Assembly: GCF_000148385.1 (NCBI RefSeq)
Contig: NC_014537.1
Span: forward strand, 360,001-392,000
Length of the DNA: 32,000 nucleotides
Direction of reading: 5' to 3'
Source of the DNA: Vulcanisaeta distributa DSM 14429
GTDB lineage: Archaea; Thermoproteota; Thermoprotei; Thermoproteales; Thermocladiaceae
The position numbers and the translations under genes are program-made. Under the pieces are notes generated by a model, which worked only from the letters and a program-made list of their open reading frames with translations, had not been told where the DNA came from and did no database searches. This document shows positions 26,105-32,000 of this stretch, piece by piece (within the stretch, counting starts at the first letter, position 1; each line of letters begins with the position of its first letter).

Positions 26105-27076
26105 TCAAATACCCGGTGAATTCCTCTCCCTACCAGACTCAAGGAACCAAATACCAAGCCTATTGGCCTCCTCGACTGCCCCCGGCATTGCCCTTAGGCA
26201 GTAAATGACCTTAATTACCCTGCCGGGGAATTTGTCTGGCATTGCCCTGATGGCCTCATCAATCTTCTCAGCAACCCTCCTAACAGTGTTGGGGCTAGCC
26301 CTCGTCTTAGCCTCGCCGACTATCGTCAACCGCCCATCGGTACCATAAACATCAAACTCAAACCTAGCATTCAAATGCGTAGGCCTGGTCTCCACCACGA
26401 CACCTCTCTGCCTAAGGAAGTACTGAACCACCTCATTGGCCTCCTCCTCAATCGACAAAGTCACATGCTCCAAAGTCCTCCTAATACCCCTCAACTCCCT
26501 CCAAATCTTATTATTCTCCTGCCATAGTTTTTCTATGTTTTCGTTTATTCTCCTTATCTCCTGCCATATCCTATTGTTCTCCTGCCATAGCCTCTCCTGG
26601 CCTTCGTGTAGGGCTCTGATTTCCTGCCAAATCCTCTCGATATTCTCATTAATCCTCCTATTCTCCTCCCATAGCTTATTGACGTCTACCCTCAATGCCT
26701 CATAACCCTCCCTGAGTGCCTTGACTTCCTGCCATAGTTTGTTTTGGTTCTCCCAAAGCTTCTCTTGATTCTCGCGGAGCGCCTTGATCTCCTGCCAAAT
26801 CTTGTTGTTTTCCTCCCAGAGTTTACTTACGTCGGTCCTAAGGGCCTCCTGGCCCTCTGCAAGCCTCCTAACCTCCTGCCACAACTTATTATTCTCCTCC
26901 CAAAGCCTCTCCTGACCCTCAACAAGCCTCTGAACAGTCCTCGTTAAATCACTAACAACACTCACCAACTGCCTAAGCGAAGACTGAACATCAGAAATAC
27001 CCAAGAACCCTATTACCGCCAACCTAAAAACCTCATCCTCCCTCAACAAACGCAAAAACTCATCCTTAATACTCAC
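26105..27076 (-). CDS. Coiled-coil (LW-heptad, DUF3782-like) protein with a different PD-(D/E)XK-like C-terminal domain, twin B
   Basis: 323 aa with a GTG start. It has 24 consecutive heptads without a register break (residues 50-217). The C-terminus contains FEFDVYGTDGRLTIVGEAKT, a D...E-x-K pattern. Confidence 0.75.
   Translation of the reverse strand: MSIKDEFLRLLREDEVFRLAVIGFLGISDVQSSLRQLVSVVSDLTRTVQRLVEGQERLWEENNKLWQEVRRLAEGQEALRTDVSKLWEENNKIWQEIKALRENQEKLWENQNKLWQEVKALREGYEALRVDVNKLWEENRRINENIERIWQEIRALHEGQERLWQENNRIWQEIRRINENIEKLWQENNKIWRELRGIRRTLEHVTLSIEEEANEVVQYFLRQRGVVVETRPTHLNARFEFDVYGTDGRLTIVGEAKTRASPNTVRRVAEKIDEAIRAMPDKFPGRVIKVIYCLRAMPGAVEEANRLGIWFLESGRERNSPGI
26707..27069. repeat. 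Right arm of the perfect 363-bp inverted repeat (partner 23736..24098)
   Basis: Its reverse complement is identical to 23736..24098 at every position checked by eye. Confidence 0.9.
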
Positions 27077-27535
27077 ATTGAATTATTATTGCAAATCAAA
27101 TATAAACTTACCGCAAAGACAGCACCTCTTAATGAGAATATCCATCCATGCGATCGAATCTAGGTTATTAATTAATGATTAGCGGCATGATGCTGTACTA
27201 CCTCATTAAATTCCACTAATCATTAGGTTCCATGAATCGATTAAGATCACGATTAAAGAGTGCACAAGGGCCTGGGGATTGCGATACATAAAATGTAAGG
27301 AGCTTACGTGATGAGTAAGAGTATACGTAACTCACTTTAGGACACCAAGTTAGGTGCTCTTTCTTAATTAATGCTATGAAGGCCATTTAACGCTTCGATC
27401 ATCGAGACTCATGTAGATGGCATTTAACATGAGAATAGGAGGGGGTCCTGGTCGTCAATGTGAATATGGATAGGAAGACATTGGAGAAAATTAAGTAACT
27501 TGAAGTGATGATGAAGCGAGTGTCTGATTGTTTGT

Positions 27536-28144
27536 TCATATTACTGTTGATATTGCCCAGAATATCACTAGGGCTATTAATGTTGGTATTAATGCCTTGG
27601 TAATGCCCGTTCCGTAAACCCTGGCGAATATGTAGGCTAGGAGTAATGAACCCACCACTACAAAGGCCAGGCTAACCGTCAGTACCATTGGTTCGCTTAA
27701 AATGCTGTGGTGCGTCGCCACTGCATTAATTGAGTATTCAAGGAGTGGTGTTGTCGCTGTTATTGCCGTCTGGACCACACTCACGTAGAAGTAATTCCCA
27801 CTAAGTAGCCAGGTATCCATGAAGCCCGCGTTTATCCTGAAGGCCCTTAGCAGCGCCATGAGTACCGCAGCCTCTATCAACCAACCAATAACCAAGCCCA
27901 CCAGAGTCGTTATTGGCATTATGGCTTTTATAAACGAAATAAAGCCCGATATATCACCCTGGCTTATAGTCACCCCCTCACTGCTTAATTGCGCCTCGAT
28001 TTGATGAATGAATATTGGCGTTATTGCTGGTATGAGTATGTAGGTTACATATAGGTAGGTGGCTATGACCGCTATGATGAAACCGACAATCCCCGTAATC
28101 CTCAACAAGGACTTAATATTCATTAACAACGTACTTATAATCAA
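27536..28144 (-). CDS. Polytopic integral membrane protein (about 5 TM), co-oriented with the ABC ATPase
   Basis: Multiple long hydrophobic segments. It lies 22 nt downstream of the ATPase gene. The family is not recognised, though it may be Yip1-like. Confidence 0.55.
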   Translation of the reverse strand: MIISTLLMNIKSLLRITGIVGFIIAVIATYLYVTYILIPAITPIFIHQIEAQLSSEGVTISQGDISGFISFIKAIMPITTLVGLVIGWLIEAAVLMALLRAFRINAGFMDTWLLSGNYFYVSVVQTAITATTPLLEYSINAVATHHSILSEPMVLTVSLAFVVVGSLLLAYIFARVYGTGITKALIPTLIALVIFWAISTVI

Positions 28145-28166
28145 TTATTAATGCATTACTTCCAGC

Positions 28167-28889
28167 CTATATGGCAGTTAACTCCCTAATTAATTGCTCA
28201 AGGCTCTCACGTACCTGTGGGACTTCGTAGGTCCTCGTTATTACGCCGTCGCTTATCCTAGAGACCTTGTGGCAGTTACCTATTAACTCGAGGTTGTGTG
28301 TTACCATGACTATGGTCATGCCGAGCTCCCTATTCAATTTCCTGAATATTTCCATGATTATGGCCGCGGTCTTACTATCAAGGTTGCCAGTGGGTTCATC
28401 AGCCAGTAGGAGCCTTGGCCTGGCCACTATCGCCCTGGCAATGGCCACCCTCTGCTGCTCACCGCCACTAAGCTCATTAGGCCTCCTCCTGGCCTTATCC
28501 CTAAGACCAACCATCTCAAGGGCCTCAAGGGCTAGTCTCCTCCTTTGGCTTGGATCCACGCCCCTGGCTATTAACGGTAACTCGACGTTCTCGAGCACGG
28601 TCATCCTAGGTATTAAGTAGTATAGTTGGAATACGAAGCCCACGAACTCATTCCTATACCTATCAAGCTCCGCATTACCAAGCCTATGCAATTCGTAAGG
28701 CCCAACCCTAAGGTAACCCCTACTAACCCTGTCTAAACCACCTATTAGGCTGAGTAGGGTCGTCTTACCACTACCACTAGGCCCAACTATACATCTAAAC
28801 TCACCCTCATTAATCTCCAGGTTCACACCACGGAGTGCTGGGTAATCACCGTAGTACTTCCACACGTCCCTAGCCTCAATGAACGACAC
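28167..28889 (-). CDS. ABC transporter ATP-binding protein (MacB/LolD-type, COG1136-like)
   Basis: GTG start. Walker A GPSGSGKTT, the signature LSGGEQQR, Walker B LLLADEPTGNLD and the H-loop VTHN are all present. Confidence 0.9.
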   Translation of the reverse strand: MSFIEARDVWKYYGDYPALRGVNLEINEGEFRCIVGPSGSGKTTLLSLIGGLDRVSRGYLRVGPYELHRLGNAELDRYRNEFVGFVFQLYYLIPRMTVLENVELPLIARGVDPSQRRRLALEALEMVGLRDKARRRPNELSGGEQQRVAIARAIVARPRLLLADEPTGNLDSKTAAIIMEIFRKLNRELGMTIVMVTHNLELIGNCHKVSRISDGVITRTYEVPQVRESLEQLIRELTAI

Positions 28890-29013
28890 ACGGGTTACTA
28901 CGGCACCTCTTTAAAATACATACTCACCAAGCATTCATATATTGAACATCATAGTAATAATACCTTTGTAAAGAGAGTATGGTTTATAAGGGTACTCGCG
29001 GTCTCAAGACCCG

Positions 29014-30645
29014 ATGTCGAAAATGATAACTAATAGGCATATACTTGTAATAACCATGGCTGTACTGGCCCTGCTGGCTTTAATACCCTTGGCACAGGCG
29101 CAGCAGTACTCAAACACGGCACCACCCTTCTCGATAGTCAGCATATCATCAACACCATCACCAACAATTACGGGGATCTCTAAGGTATCAATAACCCTAA
29201 TATACACAGGCGGTTATTACCTATACAACACTGAGTTCTCCCTAACACCCTGCAGCGGCGCTGTGGTTTCACAAAACCCGGTATTCATTGGCTGGTTAAA
29301 CCCTGGTCAGGAGGTCACAGTAACTTACCTAATAAACTCAACATTACCCATTAACTGCCAATCCACGCTAACCATAAGCTGGGGTGCCGAGTACGAGACA
29401 TCACCAAGGGCTCAGGTGACCACATATATACAGGTGGCGGGCTCAGGCTCAATGAACATAAATTTCCCACTGGTCGTTTATGGCTCGCCGATAATCACGG
29501 CATACACCAAGACCCAGTACCTAGTTAGTAATCTTGTTAATCCCGTGGAGCTCGTGATTAGTAATAATGGTAGTGGGCCCATCTATGACTTACAGGCTAA
29601 CGTGGGGATTGAGGGCGCCACATTAGCCGCAGGCTCAAACACGTTGATAATTGGTACGTTAAATCCAGGGAGCAACTACACCACGACACTGTATGTATTA
29701 CCGACGGGCAGTGGCCCCGTAACAATGACAATAGGTTACTCAGGACTTGATCAAAACGGTAATGTGGTCAGTGGGAGTATTTCAATAAGCATGGGCGTCA
29801 CCACAGTATCCTCAAGCCAGGTCATTGTTTACCCAGTGAATTCCTCGCTAAGCATCGGCTCTGGTAGGTTGGTCATTGGTATTAGGAACGTGAACCCCGT
29901 GACCATCTACAACGTGACCCTAGTCATAGCGTCAACCCAGGGACTAAGCCTAGCGGGTAGTACGGCCTATGATATTGCCGAGATACCGCCTGGTTCAACG
30001 GATTACGTCTATGTACCTGTCGCCGTACCAATAACCTCATCCTCAGCATCAATAACATACTCACTGACATACCAATACGCCGGTGGATACCCAGGTAGTA
30101 TTCAGGGCGCCATGACCCTCTCCGTGCTTAACCAACCATCAATACTAGTAACCGGTTACCAAGTGGCCCCAACGCCATTAACAATCGGCGAGACGGGCTC
30201 CGTGTCGCTGAACTTCGTTAACACCGGTCCAGTGCCGGCCTACAACCTAAACATAACCGCAATACCAGGCCCTGGCATTAAGATTATTAGTCAATCAAGC
30301 ACGTACATGGGCACACTAAACTCCCAGCAGTTGAGTGCCGTGGCCTTCAGCTTCAGCGTTACTAGGGTGATGAACACCACCATAACCTTCCAAATACAGT
30401 ACACGGACCAATTCGGTCAACAGCACGTGCAGTATTACACGGTGCCGATAACCGTGGTTAGGAACGCAACATTGTTTATACAGTCATCCTCCCAGGTGGG
30501 TCAGCAGGGCACAGTCATCAATTACTATAGGTTCCACAGGACTAACTACTTCACCTACGTAATAATTGCGTTGGCTGTGGTTGCCGTGGCCATAATAATC
30601 ACCGTGGTTCTGCTTCTGCGTAGGAGGCATGGTGGTTCCACATGA
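29014..30645 (+). CDS. Secreted, C-terminally membrane-anchored multi-domain surface protein (CARDB / COG1361 S-layer-domain-like beta-sandwich repeats)
   Basis: The signal peptide is ILVITMAVLALLALIPLAQAQQ. The motif x-(L/I)-x-PG-x recurs in Thr/Ser/Val-rich modules (LNPGQEVTVTY, LNPGSNYTTTLYV, IPPGSTDYVYV). There are at least eight N-x-S/T sequons. The C-terminal TM is followed by RRRHGG. Confidence 0.65.
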   Translation: MSKMITNRHILVITMAVLALLALIPLAQAQQYSNTAPPFSIVSISSTPSPTITGISKVSITLIYTGGYYLYNTEFSLTPCSGAVVSQNPVFIGWLNPGQEVTVTYLINSTLPINCQSTLTISWGAEYETSPRAQVTTYIQVAGSGSMNINFPLVVYGSPIITAYTKTQYLVSNLVNPVELVISNNGSGPIYDLQANVGIEGATLAAGSNTLIIGTLNPGSNYTTTLYVLPTGSGPVTMTIGYSGLDQNGNVVSGSISISMGVTTVSSSQVIVYPVNSSLSIGSGRLVIGIRNVNPVTIYNVTLVIASTQGLSLAGSTAYDIAEIPPGSTDYVYVPVAVPITSSSASITYSLTYQYAGGYPGSIQGAMTLSVLNQPSILVTGYQVAPTPLTIGETGSVSLNFVNTGPVPAYNLNITAIPGPGIKIISQSSTYMGTLNSQQLSAVAFSFSVTRVMNTTITFQIQYTDQFGQQHVQYYTVPITVVRNATLFIQSSSQVGQQGTVINYYRFHRTNYFTYVIIALAVVAVAIIITVVLLLRRRHGGST

Positions 30646-31886
30646 GGGTTAGCGACTACTTTAAACTGGCGTGGAGTGCAGCGTGGGAGCGTAGGGGTAG
30701 GACTATAGGCGCCATTGTCGGGATAATAATAGCCATAGTGGCCCTTGGACTAGCCATAGGCATGGGGCAGGGCTATAAGGTGTTGACCACAAGCTTCTTC
30801 GAGAGGGTCTTCGGGACGAACACAGTGTTCCTATTCCCAGGGCAGAACTCACAGTTGACGCTTACTGACGTCTATGAGGTCATGAACATACCGCACGTGA
30901 CCAACGCCATACCCATACTCTCCACGGTGGCCAGGGTGAATATTAATGGGCATGAGGTCACGGCCACGATAATAGGGGCCACGGAGCAGGAGATAATGCA
31001 GCTCTACGGAGTAACCTCACTTAGCAATGCCATACTGGCCGGCGCCCCGGTACTTTCGCCAGGACTTGCGTTGGTTGGTTATAATATTGCCTTCACAAGC
31101 ACTGGTCAGCAAATTGCATACCCTGGGCAGGTGATGGTTATAACAACGCCAGGTGGTTCCGAGATAACCTACACGGTAGGGGCCATAATGCAGCAAAGCG
31201 GTATTGGCGTCATTGGCTTAAACCCAAACAATGCAATATTTATTGATGAGAACACATTCCTCTCGCAATTTGACCCGTCGGGCACGGTTGATGGGATAAT
31301 AGTTTACGTGGATTCACCAAACAACATTAACTACGTCACGGATGAGCTAAAGGCGATGTTCCCAATGGATCAGGTATTAAACCTATCAACACTACTATCA
31401 AGCATTAACCAATTCTTCACGGTACTCGAGCTCTTCTTAGCCTTCATAGCCGGGATAAGCTTCGTAATAATTGGCATTTGGATGTTCGACACAATGATGC
31501 TCAATGTGATCCAGAGGACGAGGGAGTTCGGGATAATGAGGGCCGTGGGCTTCAGCGGAAGGTCAATACCACTACTCCTAATTATTGAGGCTGCGATAAT
31601 AGCCGTAATCGGCTCCGTGATCGGCACGGCACTACTCATGGCCATAGTCAGTGTCTTCCCAAGTCCATCATCGTTCATGGGACCAGCCTTTGGAGGACCT
31701 GGCAGGGTTGCTAGGGGTGCTGCGGCAGCCGCCGCGTCGCCATCAATAATGCTACCCATAGCCCTAACGCCTCTTGACTTCGCCGCAATATTCATACTAC
31801 CCATCGTTATAAACGTGATAGCCGCATTGGTACCGGCATTAAGGGCCATGAGAATACCACCAGCCCAGACCCTGCGCTATGAATGA
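30642..31886 (+). CDS. ABC transporter permease, FtsX/MacB family
   Basis: Has an N-terminal TM, a large extracytoplasmic domain of about 220 aa and a C-terminal three-TM FtsX domain (REFGIMRAVGFS). It has an ATGA overlap with the upstream surface-protein gene. Confidence 0.85.
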   Translation: MRVSDYFKLAWSAAWERRGRTIGAIVGIIIAIVALGLAIGMGQGYKVLTTSFFERVFGTNTVFLFPGQNSQLTLTDVYEVMNIPHVTNAIPILSTVARVNINGHEVTATIIGATEQEIMQLYGVTSLSNAILAGAPVLSPGLALVGYNIAFTSTGQQIAYPGQVMVITTPGGSEITYTVGAIMQQSGIGVIGLNPNNAIFIDENTFLSQFDPSGTVDGIIVYVDSPNNINYVTDELKAMFPMDQVLNLSTLLSSINQFFTVLELFLAFIAGISFVIIGIWMFDTMMLNVIQRTREFGIMRAVGFSGRSIPLLLIIEAAIIAVIGSVIGTALLMAIVSVFPSPSSFMGPAFGGPGRVARGAAAAAASPSIMLPIALTPLDFAAIFILPIVINVIAALVPALRAMRIPPAQTLRYE

Positions 31887-31919
31887 GACAATGGCGGCAA
31901 TAGCCTCAAAGTTAATGCA

Positions 31920-32000
31920 TTATAACTTGAGTACGGCCCTTCTGAGTATTGGGTCCGCAATCACGTAATCCTCATCAACCTTCTCCACAATTCCGTGGTC
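31920..32000 (-). CDS. Partial CDS (C-terminal 26 codons of a gene that begins beyond the window end), unknown product
   Basis: The reverse complement reads DHGIVEKVDEDYVIADPILRRAVLKL then a stop (TAA at 31922..31920). It is too short to assign. Confidence 0.3.
   Translation of the reverse strand, partial: DHGIVEKVDEDYVIADPILRRAVLKL

Noticed and set aside
23736-27069. The 363-bp inverted repeats considered as terminal inverted repeats of an IS or transposon
   Set aside because: The repeats are the coding 5' modules of two genes. No transposase or integrase lies between them, and no target-site duplication is visible at the outer edges.
27505-27527. C-box GTGATGA followed after 12 nt by CTGA, considered as a C/D-box sRNA
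   Set aside because: Only one half-unit is present. No acceptable second C'/D pair lies at canonical spacing on either side, and the candidate abuts the 3' end of a coding gene.
29004-29207. 67-aa minus-strand ORF in the divergent promoter region and start of the surface-protein gene
   Set aside because: It overlaps the signal-peptide coding region on the opposite strand and has no supporting features.

Overview
This is a gene-dense chromosomal segment that looks crenarchaeal, probably Thermoproteales-like. That guess rests on four PaREP1-family paralogs, an fba-pfp operon with PPi-type PFK residues, and an archaeal-type glucose dehydrogenase; it cannot be verified here. Genes are tightly packed, with several 4-nt ATGA overlaps and overlapping convergent stop codons.

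- **1-12 kb, mostly housekeeping and central metabolism:** cysS, a GH15 glycosidase, the fba-pfp operon, a creatininase-family protein, tRNA-Gly(GCC), a DUF309 protein, a split UxaA-type dehydratase, a retropepsin-like protease, a HIBADH-like reductase and a molybdopterin-binding-domain protein.
- **11.9-17.2 kb, accessory-like patch:** a HEPN-MNT pair and four PaREP1-like genes alternate with gene wreckage. The wreckage is an aldehyde:ferredoxin oxidoreductase N-terminal stump joined directly to a mannonate dehydratase C-terminal stump, plus a KdaD-type FAH gene with one frameshift and one in-frame TGA. A fourth decayed gene, a PP-loop ATPase, sits beside the tRNA.
- **17.2-23.6 kb, sugar oxidation and other metabolism:** an enolase-superfamily dehydratase, glucose dehydrogenase, a 2-oxoacid:ferredoxin oxidoreductase alpha subunit with no adjacent beta subunit, an MDR dehydrogenase and thiM.
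- **23.7-27.1 kb, the most unusual locus:** two divergent-facing genes share a 100% identical 363-bp 5' module, forming a perfect inverted repeat. Each encodes an unbroken tryptophan-rich heptad coiled coil fused to a different PD-(D/E)XK-like C-terminal domain. Together they bracket a small membrane protein and a P-loop NTPase.
- **27.5-31.9 kb:** a MacB/FtsX-type ABC locus with a large, multi-domain, membrane-anchored surface protein.

No rRNA, CRISPR array or recognisable transposase was seen.
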